Source: Oscillospiraceae bacterium (GTDB lineage: Bacteria; Bacillota; Clostridia; Oscillospirales; Oscillospiraceae). From it: a stretch of 64,000 bases of DNA. Location of the stretch: the NCBI GenBank assembly GCA_017448455.1, contig JAFSLL010000167.1:2457-66456 (forward strand), written 5' to 3'. Below, in pieces: positions 1-7,365 of this stretch; position 1 is the first letter of the stretch, and each line of letters begins with the position of its first letter. The notes under the pieces were generated by a model. It did not search any database and was not told where the DNA came from. It saw only the letters and a list, made by a program, of their open reading frames with translations. Made by a program: the position numbers and the translations under genes.

Positions 1-141
1 ATTTTTCTACCCGTCCGTGTCCACTTTTATGATAGCATCACATAGGCGCCGGACAAGAGCAGCGGCAAACGCAGGCAATCTATTCAGATCTGCTACGATC
101 TGGTAGGGTTTATCCCTTTGGATGAACTGATGAAACAGGAA

Positions 142-167
142 ACGGCATGACCCGAAAGTCATGCCGT
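142..167 (-). terminator. Candidate intrinsic terminator downstream of the solute-binding protein gene
   Basis: Perfect 10-bp stem ACGGCATGAC/GTCATGCCGT with a 6-nt loop. On the minus strand it is followed by a U-rich stretch (TTCCTGTTTC). A second hairpin CCCGCC/GGCGGG at 201-220 is followed by a T-run on the plus strand. Confidence 0.45.
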
Positions 168-244
168 CCCTGCAAAACAATATAAAACTGTCTTACGACC
201 CCCGCCCTCGAGCAGGCGGGTATTTGTTTTTATAGTTTCTGTTA

Positions 245-1636
245 TCAGTTTGCCAGGATGTCCGCGATCTCTGCCGCAGCGGCGTTCAGGGCATCCTCCA
301 CGGAGGACTGGCCGTAGTAGGCGCTCTGGACGGCCGTTGCCCACACATCCAGGGCGCGGGTGATCTCGGGATGCGCCGGGAGGGTCAGTTCCGCACAGTC
401 GCCCATGGTCTTGACGACCTCCAGATACTGGCCTTCATACTCGCCATAGCCGTTGATGAGAGCGATGACGCCTTCATCCTCCCAGGCGGACTGGCGCACG
501 GGTTCCATGCTGCCCAGCAGGTGCTGCTTGATCATGGTGTCCTTGGAGGTCAGGTACTTGAGGACTTGCCAGGCCTCGTCCTTGTGTCGGGAAGCGGAGT
601 TCATGCTCATGGACCAGACCCAGGTGGAGGCGGAGCGGGTACCGTCCGGGCCCAGCGGGGTGACGGCGTAGCCGACGTCGTCGCTGATCATGGACTGCTC
701 GGGATCCTCATAGACCGCGGTGAATCCGTCAGCCTCGTTGAAGCTGAACACATACTGGCCGGACGCGAAGCCCTGCTCGGCCTCGTAGAAGGTGAACTGG
801 CCGGCGCCGTCCGGGGAGCCCTCCTGGATCATCTTGACGAAGATCTCGGTGGCCTCGATGCTGGCCGGGCTGTTGACCGCCACATTGCCGTTTTCATCCA
901 CCATGGTCACGCCATAGGACTGAAGCATGGTGCCGAAGGTGAGGTAGGTCAGATCCCAGTACTTGTCGAAGCGGGTGACAACCGGGTACATGGGCATGCC
1001 GTTGTCGTCGGAGAGTCCGGGCTCGGCCGCGAGTCTGGAGACGCAGTCGGCAAGCTCCTCATAGGTGGTCGGGACGGCCATGTTGTACTTGGCGAGCACG
1101 CTGGGGCGATAGCCGAGCATATAGGTCTCGAACATCAGGGGCAGGCAGTAGAGATTGCCCTCGCCGACGCCGCCCAGCTTCTCGCCGGTCCAGCGGCCGG
1201 CGTTGAGGATGCCGGGGATGAAGTCATCCAGATCCCACTCCGCCTCGGTCTTCTCTGGGTCGGCGATGTAGGCATCCAGCGGCTCAACCCAGCCGCCGGC
1301 GATGTACTGCCAGTTATACACCGGGGATGTCATGAACAGGTCGTAGGTGCCGGAGCCGGAAGAGAGGTCGGTGAGGAGCTTCTCGAACGCGGAGCTCTCC
1401 TCCAGCACCTCACAGTTGACGTGAATGCCGGTTTCCGCCTCGAAGTCCTTGACCTGCTGCGCGATGATATCCGCGATTGCCGTGGAAACACAGAGAATGT
1501 TGACCGTGCCGGTTTCTTTCGCCTGTTCCGCCGGGGCGGAGGCGGCGTCGGACGCCGGCGCGGCTGTCTGCCCGCAGCCGGCCAGAACCGAGCCGCACAG
1601 GCAGAGGACCAGAACCATTGCCAGAACCTTTTTCAT
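245..1636 (-). CDS. ABC transporter extracellular solute-binding lipoprotein (family 1, sugar type)
   Basis: ORF 245..1693. The internal ATG at 1634-1636 is preceded by AGGAGG and gives MKKVLAMVLVLCLCGSVLAGCGQ (signal peptide plus lipobox). Size and composition are typical of CUT1 SBPs. It is the last gene of an operon with two permease genes. Confidence 0.85.
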   Translation of the reverse strand: MKKVLAMVLVLCLCGSVLAGCGQTAAPASDAASAPAEQAKETGTVNILCVSTAIADIIAQQVKDFEAETGIHVNCEVLEESSAFEKLLTDLSSGSGTYDLFMTSPVYNWQYIAGGWVEPLDAYIADPEKTEAEWDLDDFIPGILNAGRWTGEKLGGVGEGNLYCLPLMFETYMLGYRPSVLAKYNMAVPTTYEELADCVSRLAAEPGLSDDNGMPMYPVVTRFDKYWDLTYLTFGTMLQSYGVTMVDENGNVAVNSPASIEATEIFVKMIQEGSPDGAGQFTFYEAEQGFASGQYVFSFNEADGFTAVYEDPEQSMISDDVGYAVTPLGPDGTRSASTWVWSMSMNSASRHKDEAWQVLKYLTSKDTMIKQHLLGSMEPVRQSAWEDEGVIALINGYGEYEGQYLEVVKTMGDCAELTLPAHPEITRALDVWATAVQSAYYGQSSVEDALNAAAAEIADILAN

Positions 1637-1661
1637 TGTTTGCCTCCTGTCAGTTAAGATT

Positions 1662-2483
1662 TTATAGCATTGAGCGCAGCTCAAATACTTCATTCATAAA
1701 GGCGCGGAGCGCTGCGGGGTCGGTCGGGGCTGCCATGGAGTGCGGGTTCTTGACCGAGACGCCGAGGATGGCGCCGTCGGCCAGGCGCAGGAGCTCGCGG
1801 CAGTTTTGCGCATTGATGCCGCTGCCGATCAGGACCGGGAGCGAGGAGCCCTGACGGATCATCTCGATCTCCTCCGGCCGGGTGGGATCGCCCGTGCGGA
1901 AGCCGGTCGCGATCAGGGCGTCGGCATCGAAGAAGGCCACGTCGGTCGCCTGCTCCGGGATCGGGCGATCGGCCACGATGGCGTGGCTGCCGTGCTTGAC
2001 GTGGACATCCGCCAGAATCCGGATATCCTCCGCCTCGATCATCGCGCGGTAGCGCAGGGCGGTGCCGGAGGCGCCCTCCACGAAGCCCTCGTTGGCGATG
2101 TAGGCGTTGGCCCACTGGTTGACGCGGACAAAGTCGCCGCCGAAGGCCTTGGCCGCCGCGATGGAGTGCTTCGCGGCGTTGGCGACCACGTTCACGCCGA
2201 CCGGCATGGCGCCGACCTCGCGTTTGATCCGCTCGCCGATGACCGCGATGCAGGCGGCGGTCTCCGGGCCGAGGTATTCCGACTTCACAAAGGGGATGTC
2301 GCCGGCATTCTCGATCAGGAGCGCGTCCACGCCGCCCTCCTTCAGCTTCACCGCCTCGTTGACCGCGTAGTCATAGACATCCTCCAGGCGGTAGTGCCGG
2401 AACTTCGGGGATCCGGGCAGCGGCAGCGAATGGACCATGCCGATGATCGGCTTTTTTACGGAAAACAGTTCGTCAAGTATCAT
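1662..2483 (-). CDS. BtpA/SgcQ family TIM-barrel protein
   Basis: N-terminus ...LFSVKKPIIGMVHSLPLPGSPKF matches the conserved BtpA/SgcQ start. The ORF runs to 2510 (TTG). I prefer the ATG at 2481-2483 (GGGGGA upstream); the ATG at 2493-2495 is an alternative. Confidence 0.7.
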   Translation of the reverse strand: MILDELFSVKKPIIGMVHSLPLPGSPKFRHYRLEDVYDYAVNEAVKLKEGGVDALLIENAGDIPFVKSEYLGPETAACIAVIGERIKREVGAMPVGVNVVANAAKHSIAAAKAFGGDFVRVNQWANAYIANEGFVEGASGTALRYRAMIEAEDIRILADVHVKHGSHAIVADRPIPEQATDVAFFDADALIATGFRTGDPTRPEEIEMIRQGSSLPVLIGSGINAQNCRELLRLADGAILGVSVKNPHSMAAPTDPAALRAFMNEVFELRSML

Positions 2484-2499
2484 CTTTTCCCCCATTTCT

Positions 2500-3294
2500 T
2501 CACGCGTCAATGTGCCAGATCTTCATGGCGTTTTCCCGGAACACCTTTCTCAGCTGCTCCTCGTTCAGGCCGATGGAGCAGAGCTTCTGTTTCTCCACCG
2601 CGGTCGACTGATAGGGACCGTCAGAGCCGTAGGTGACCCGGTCCGCGGAAACCTCGTTGATGAAGATTTTGATATCGTACGGGAAGGCCTGCGCGATGTC
2701 CACATAGATGTTGTCGTTGCGCTGCGCGGCGAGGATCGCCTCCCAGAGGTAGAGGTGCATGCCGGTGTGGGCCAGCACGACATTGACTTTGGGGAAGTTC
2801 TCGGCGGCGACCGCCTGCAGGGAGGGGAGGTCGCGCGGGGCGTCGCCGGAGTGGAAGAGCACGGTCAGGTTGTACTCCTCCGCCTTCTCCATGAGATAGC
2901 CCATGACCTTCATGTCGTTCGGGCGGTAGAAGTCGTAGCCCGCCACGAGTTTCAGACCGCGGCAGTTCCAGTCCTTCACATACTTGTCGATGAGGGCGCA
3001 GGTGTGCTCCTTCCCGAAGGTGGGGTTGATGCGCGCCGCGCCGATGATGCGGTCGGGGTACTTCTTCACGGCCTCGCCGACCTGCATGTTCGCCTTGTCA
3101 TAGTCCGCGTCCCAGGGCGGGGACATCACCCGGTCGTGCGGGAAGAGCACGCCGTGTGAGGCGTTCTCCTCGTCCAGGTAGCGGATGACCGTGTCCGGCT
3201 CCCCAGTGATCATGTAGGGCGCGCAGGTGGCGCTGGCAACGTGGGGATCGGTGCCATAGTGGATGTGCGTGTCGATGATTTTCATATCAAGCAT
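2500..3294 (-). CDS. Amidohydrolase-2 family metal-dependent hydrolase (TIM barrel)
   Basis: MLDMKIIDTHIHYG... carries the D-x-H-x-H metal motif at the N-terminus. The start at 3292-3294 overlaps the upstream kinase stop by 8 nt. The longer track ORF (to 3372) has an Arg-rich non-homologous extension. Confidence 0.7.
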   Translation of the reverse strand: MLDMKIIDTHIHYGTDPHVASATCAPYMITGEPDTVIRYLDEENASHGVLFPHDRVMSPPWDADYDKANMQVGEAVKKYPDRIIGAARINPTFGKEHTCALIDKYVKDWNCRGLKLVAGYDFYRPNDMKVMGYLMEKAEEYNLTVLFHSGDAPRDLPSLQAVAAENFPKVNVVLAHTGMHLYLWEAILAAQRNDNIYVDIAQAFPYDIKIFINEVSADRVTYGSDGPYQSTAVEKQKLCSIGLNEEQLRKVFRENAMKIWHIDA

Positions 3295-4234
3295 AGAGCA
3301 AGTCTTCCTTTCCTGCCGATTTGATGCGTTCCAGTGCGCCTTCCCAGTCCGGCAGCCTGGTCTGGCATCCAAAGTCCTCGATCACAAAACTCGAGGCCGC
3401 CGCCCCGAGGAGGGCCGCCCGCGCCGGCGGGAAGCCGCGCAGCAGGGCGGAGACGGTGCCCGCGACGAAGGCGTCCCCCGCCCCCGTGGGGTCTGTCACC
3501 TGGGGCGCGGGCACGACGGGGACTGCGGCGGCGCCGTCCGGGGTGATGACCCAGGCGCCCTCCGCGCCGCAGGTGATAAACAGGGCCCTGAGGCCGAAGC
3601 GCGTAAACAGATCCGCCTCGGCGCCGGCCAGCTCGAGCAGGCGGCCGTACTCGCTGCGGTTCATGAACAGGAGATCCGCCAGGCGGAGGAAGTCTTCCCA
3701 GAGGGGGTTGCGGTCGCCCACCATGCCGCTCAGGACGACCGTGCCGCCGGCGTCCTTCGCGGCCTCCGCCGCCCGCAGCGTATACGGGGAGAAGGCCTCG
3801 CAGATTACGGTACAGGCGGCGTCGGCGAACCATTCCTCCCGGATCATCTCCGGGGACTGGCGGGCCGCGGCGCCCTGCTGGGTGATGCAGAAGCCGCCGC
3901 CGTCCGGGGAAAAGCAGTTGTAGTTGTGGCCGCTCAGCAGGTCCGGGAGGATCGTCACGCCGCGCAGGTCCACGCCCAGCTTCCGCAGGTGCGCCCCGTA
4001 GCCGGAGCTCTCAAAGTCGCGGCCGGCAACCGTGACGAAACGGACCCGGCTGCCCATCGCCGCCGCGACCGCCGCGATGTTGCCGCTGCAGTCGCCGAAG
4101 AAGACCTCTCCGGCGGGGACGCTCCCGGGCAGGGTGCGAACCGTCTCCCCATCCGCGGGGAGGCTTTCCATCGCGAGGAAGTGGTCCAGAAGGCCCCAGG
4201 CCCCCACGACCGTGAGAAGGCTGTTTCCGCTCAT
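3287..4234 (-). CDS. PfkB family carbohydrate kinase
   Basis: C-terminal DPTGAGDAF anion-hole/catalytic motif and the overall ribokinase-like pattern. The ATG at 4232-4234 overlaps the permease stop (ATGA coupling). Confidence 0.8.
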   Translation of the reverse strand: MSGNSLLTVVGAWGLLDHFLAMESLPADGETVRTLPGSVPAGEVFFGDCSGNIAAVAAAMGSRVRFVTVAGRDFESSGYGAHLRKLGVDLRGVTILPDLLSGHNYNCFSPDGGGFCITQQGAAARQSPEMIREEWFADAACTVICEAFSPYTLRAAEAAKDAGGTVVLSGMVGDRNPLWEDFLRLADLLFMNRSEYGRLLELAGAEADLFTRFGLRALFITCGAEGAWVITPDGAAAVPVVPAPQVTDPTGAGDAFVAGTVSALLRGFPPARAALLGAAASSFVIEDFGCQTRLPDWEGALERIKSAGKEDLLYA

Positions 4235-5091
4235 TTGACCGCCCCCATCGTGAGTCCCTTGACGAGGAACTTCTGGGCGAAGACCGCAATGCAGACGCCG
4301 GGCAGCGCGGAAATGACGGCGCAGGCGGCCATCTCGCCCCATTTGATCTGGTCAAAGGTCATGGTCTGGAGGATGCCCATGGTGACCGGCATGGTGGAGC
4401 CGCCGGACATGATGAGCCCGAAGAGGAGGTTGTTCCAGCTGTAGATGAAGGAAATGATCATGGCGCTGCCGATGCCCGGCTTCACCACGGGCAGCACGAT
4501 CCGGACGAAGATGGTCCAGACGTCGGCGCCGTCCAGCATGGCGGCTTCCTCCAGGGCCTTCGGCACATCCCGGAAGAAGCCCATGGAGATCCAGATCGTC
4601 AGGGGGAGCGTGATCAGCTGGTGGACGAGGATCATGCCGACGAAGGTATCGTAGAGGCCGAGCTTCTTATAAATGGAGTACAGGGACAGCAGCACGGCGA
4701 GTTCCGGCGCGAAGCGGTAGCTCATGAAGTTGGAGGCGATGCTGCGGTTGGCCTTCGTGTCGTTGCGCGCCAGCACGTAGGCGGCAGGCAGGCCGAGGAT
4801 CAGGGAGAGCAGGACCGCGCCGAAGGAGATGATGCAGGAGTTGAGCACATAGCGGATGAAGTCCGGCGTCGCGGTCAGCTCTTTCAGGCTCCTGCCGCCG
4901 AGGAGGACGTTCCGGTAGTTCTTCAGGGTCGGCGTGAACGTGAACTTGGGCGGGTAGGACACAATGTCCTTGAAGTCCTTCAGGGACATCATCAGGATCC
5001 AGTACAGGGGGAAGAGCACGATCACGAGCAGAAGCGCGTAGCACAGATAGCGCAGGATGGTCTGCGCTGGGTGTCTTTTCAGGCTTTTCAA
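4231..5091 (-). CDS. Carbohydrate ABC transporter permease (MalG-like)
   Basis: Six hydrophobic segments and the EAA loop LEEAAMLDGADVWTIFVRIVLP. TTG start with AGGAGG 6 nt upstream. Confidence 0.85.
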   Translation of the reverse strand: MKSLKRHPAQTILRYLCYALLLVIVLFPLYWILMMSLKDFKDIVSYPPKFTFTPTLKNYRNVLLGGRSLKELTATPDFIRYVLNSCIISFGAVLLSLILGLPAAYVLARNDTKANRSIASNFMSYRFAPELAVLLSLYSIYKKLGLYDTFVGMILVHQLITLPLTIWISMGFFRDVPKALEEAAMLDGADVWTIFVRIVLPVVKPGIGSAMIISFIYSWNNLLFGLIMSGGSTMPVTMGILQTMTFDQIKWGEMAACAVISALPGVCIAVFAQKFLVKGLTMGAVK

Positions 5092-5107
5092 GTTGCTCCT
5101 CCTTTCC

Positions 5108-6010
5108 TCACATGTCCGCGGCGCTCCGGTTCCAGGCCTTCAGCAGGAAGGAACTGACCAGAAAGGCGATGATCCAGAGCGTGAAGATGATGCTCTCCGC
5201 CGTGCCGATGTTCGACCAGCGGAAGGCCTCTTCGTAGGCCAGAATGTTCAGGGTTCGCGTGGCGTTCATCGGGCCGCCCTTCGTCGTGGAATAGATGAGC
5301 TCGAAGGCCTTCAGCGAGTCGCAGATGCGAAAGAGCATGGTCAGGATGAAATACTTCTTCATCCAGGGGATCTTGAGATAGAGGAACTGCTCCAGGCCGG
5401 AGGCACCGTCAATGCGGGCGGACTCGATGATGTCCTCCGGCAGGGACTGGACCCCGGCGAGCAGGATGATGGACGTGAAGGGCAGATAGACCCAGGTGTC
5501 CATCAGGATCAGCGTGAAGAGCGCCGTCTTCAGGCCGGTCAGCCAGGTTCCCGGCGCGACCCCGATAAGGGAGAGCAGGTAGTTCACCACGCCGGAGGAG
5601 GGCTGGAGCATGGTCTTCCACATCAGGCTGGAGACGATCGGGGGGATCAGCAGCGGGAAGATAACGACGGTGCGCATGAAGGTCTGCGCGCGTGACTTGA
5701 TGTCCAGCAGCGCCACCACCAGCATGCCCATGACCAGCTGCAGCGCCATCGCGCAGACCGTGTAGACGAGCGTGTTGCGCAGGCTGATCCGGAAGGTCTG
5801 GTTCCGGAAGTTGGCAATGTAGTTGCGGAGGAACACGAAGCGGTAGGTGGACTCGTACAGCTTGCTGTCCGTCATGGAAGTGAAGACGCCGATCAGGAAG
5901 GGAACCATGATCCCGATCAGGGCAATGACAGAGGGAAAAAGCATCAGCTTCAGAATCAGTTCGTTCTTTTGCTTTGTCCCGAGGGAGCGCGGCTTTCCGG
6001 ATGACGGCAA
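5108..6010 (-). CDS. Sugar ABC transporter permease (MalF-like)
   Basis: Polytopic membrane protein with EAA-type loop ESARIDGASGLEQFLYLKIP. TTG start with GGAGGGG 6 nt upstream. Confidence 0.85.
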   Translation of the reverse strand: MPSSGKPRSLGTKQKNELILKLMLFPSVIALIGIMVPFLIGVFTSMTDSKLYESTYRFVFLRNYIANFRNQTFRISLRNTLVYTVCAMALQLVMGMLVVALLDIKSRAQTFMRTVVIFPLLIPPIVSSLMWKTMLQPSSGVVNYLLSLIGVAPGTWLTGLKTALFTLILMDTWVYLPFTSIILLAGVQSLPEDIIESARIDGASGLEQFLYLKIPWMKKYFILTMLFRICDSLKAFELIYSTTKGGPMNATRTLNILAYEEAFRWSNIGTAESIIFTLWIIAFLVSSFLLKAWNRSAADM

Positions 6011-6072
6011 AGGCTTCCCCTCCTTTCTTATGGGTTCTTGTGAATTGTATGTTTATTTTTTCGATACAAAAC

Positions 6073-6096
6073 AGACAAAATCGAACATTTGTGTCT
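6073..6096. promoter_or_regulatory. Imperfect inverted repeat, candidate DeoR operator
   Basis: AGACAAAA-N7-TTTGTGTCT lies just downstream of the predicted -10 of the operon promoter, in an AT-rich intergenic region. Confidence 0.35.
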
Positions 6097-6109
6097 ATAA
6101 TTTGGTTAG

Positions 6110-6138
6110 AGTATACAATATGTCGGGTGGGCTGTCAA
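6110..6138 (-). promoter_or_regulatory. Sigma-70-type promoter of the sugar operon
   Basis: On the minus strand: TTGACA (6133-6138), a 17-nt spacer, TATACT (6110-6115). It sits about 100 nt upstream of the first permease gene. Confidence 0.55.
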
Positions 6139-6241
6139 GAAACTATTGAGCTATTTTTAACAAGTCGAGTTTTGAGCGCTGTGGCGGGGTGGCCCGGGGG
6201 CGTGCTCGCGGGGCGTCCCGGGGCGTGTGCGGGGCGGGACC

Positions 6242-7015
6242 TCAGGCGGTGGGGGCGATGATCAGGCGGTGGCCATGCTTTCGGCAGTTGCTGACAAACT
6301 CCGGGCTGACCCCGTCGTCGGTCACCATGGCATAGAGATCACGCAGGGAGGCGGTCTGCAGGAAGCCGCTGTCGCCGATCTTGCTGCTGTCCGCCAGGAG
6401 GATCGTCCGCTTGGAGCGGTGCATGATCTGGCGCTTGGATTTGTATTCGTCGACGCTCTTCGTCGTGATCTGGCCGTCGACCGTGATCTGGGAGACGCCG
6501 ATGAAGGCGGTGTCGAACACCATCCGCTCATACATGTCCTCCGCGAATACGCCGGTGCAGGCGCCCGTCGACTTGTTCAGCTCGCCGCCGATGCAGATCA
6601 CCTTAATGCCGGTGCGCGTCATCAGCTCCATCGCGGTGTAAATGGTGTCGGTGACCGCCACAAAGCTGTGCTCGTTGGTCAGCTTCCTGGCCAGGCAGTA
6701 GGCGCTGGTGCTGGAGTCGAAGAACACCTTCTCTCCGTTCTGGACAAACCGCAGCGCGGCACGCGCGATGGCCTCCTTCCGGTCGAGGTTGTCCATGATC
6801 CGCACCGCGTAGGGGTCTTCGCCCGTGGACGAGCCGGCCGGCAGAATGGCACCGCCGTGGGAGCGGATCACTCTCTTCTTCGCCGCCAGCTCGTTCAGAT
6901 CGCGGCGGATCGTCATCTCCGTCACGTCGAAGACGCGGCAGAGCTGAGAGACCTCCACAAAGCCGCTGCTGTTGAGGATATTGAGAATTGCCTGCTGGCG
7001 CTCTTCTTTCATCAT
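6242..7015 (-). CDS. DeoR family transcriptional regulator
   Basis: MMKEERQQAILNILNSSGFVEVSQLCRVFDVTEMTIRRDLNELA is a DeoR-type wHTH, followed by a sugar-phosphate-binding (DeoR C-terminal) domain. The longer track ORF (to 7297) adds a non-homologous extension. Confidence 0.85.
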   Translation of the reverse strand: MMKEERQQAILNILNSSGFVEVSQLCRVFDVTEMTIRRDLNELAAKKRVIRSHGGAILPAGSSTGEDPYAVRIMDNLDRKEAIARAALRFVQNGEKVFFDSSTSAYCLARKLTNEHSFVAVTDTIYTAMELMTRTGIKVICIGGELNKSTGACTGVFAEDMYERMVFDTAFIGVSQITVDGQITTKSVDEYKSKRQIMHRSKRTILLADSSKIGDSGFLQTASLRDLYAMVTDDGVSPEFVSNCRKHGHRLIIAPTA

Positions 7016-7118
7016 GGCTGCGATTCTCCTTTTCCGGGTTCCGGCGCGTTTCTTATCTGTCCTTTCAGTATACCATCTGGCAGGCGGTGAGTCAAAAGAA
7101 AAACTGTCCGAGGGAAAA

Positions 7119-7148
7119 TGTGTCAAGAGAACCGTCCCCTTGACACAC
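7119..7148. repeat. Palindromic 30-mer, copy A
   Basis: TGTGTCAAGAGAACCGTCCCCTTGACACA has 9-bp inverted arms TGTGTCAAG/CTTGACACA around an 11-nt loop. A near-identical copy lies at 11660-11689 and a degenerate copy at 9292-9313. Confidence 0.8.
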
Positions 7149-7182
7149 AGAAATGCATGTCCTTTTTTTGCATGAACCGTCC

Positions 7183-7348
7183 CGTGACTCTGACCGAGGG
7201 AAGATTTTTGGACAGGGTTTGGTGTATAATCGGAAGTGGAGTCACGTGGCTGAGTCACGTGGGGACAGGGCTTCAGACTCACCTGACGGCGAGTCAAGAT
7301 GACCCCTAAAGGACTAACGCACAGCGTGTCGCAGTCCCCAGTGACTCA
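7183..7348. promoter_or_regulatory. Array of TGAGTCACG operator-like motifs around a TATAAT box
   Basis: Strong copies at 7183-7191 (-), 7238-7246 (+), 7251-7259 (+) and 7340-7348 (-). Weaker GAGTC cores at 7088, 7274 and 7290. TATAAT at 7225-7230. The array sits immediately upstream of the RBS (AGGAGG) of the 7366 gene. Confidence 0.5.
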
Positions 7349-7365
7349 GGAAAGGAGGAGGATTG

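Noticed and set aside
7037-7052. Shared CCGGCGCGT near both island edges (also at about 26028-26042) as a candidate att duplication
   Set aside because: It is only 9 bp and GC-rich in a GC-rich genome. One copy lies inside the U32 gene leader or ORF region. With no recombinase present, it is most likely chance.
6242-7297. 351-aa version of the DeoR ORF reaching into the island edge
   Set aside because: The first 94 codons have no DeoR similarity and overlap the palindromic element and operator-like motifs. The HTH begins right after the MMKEERQQ start at 7015.
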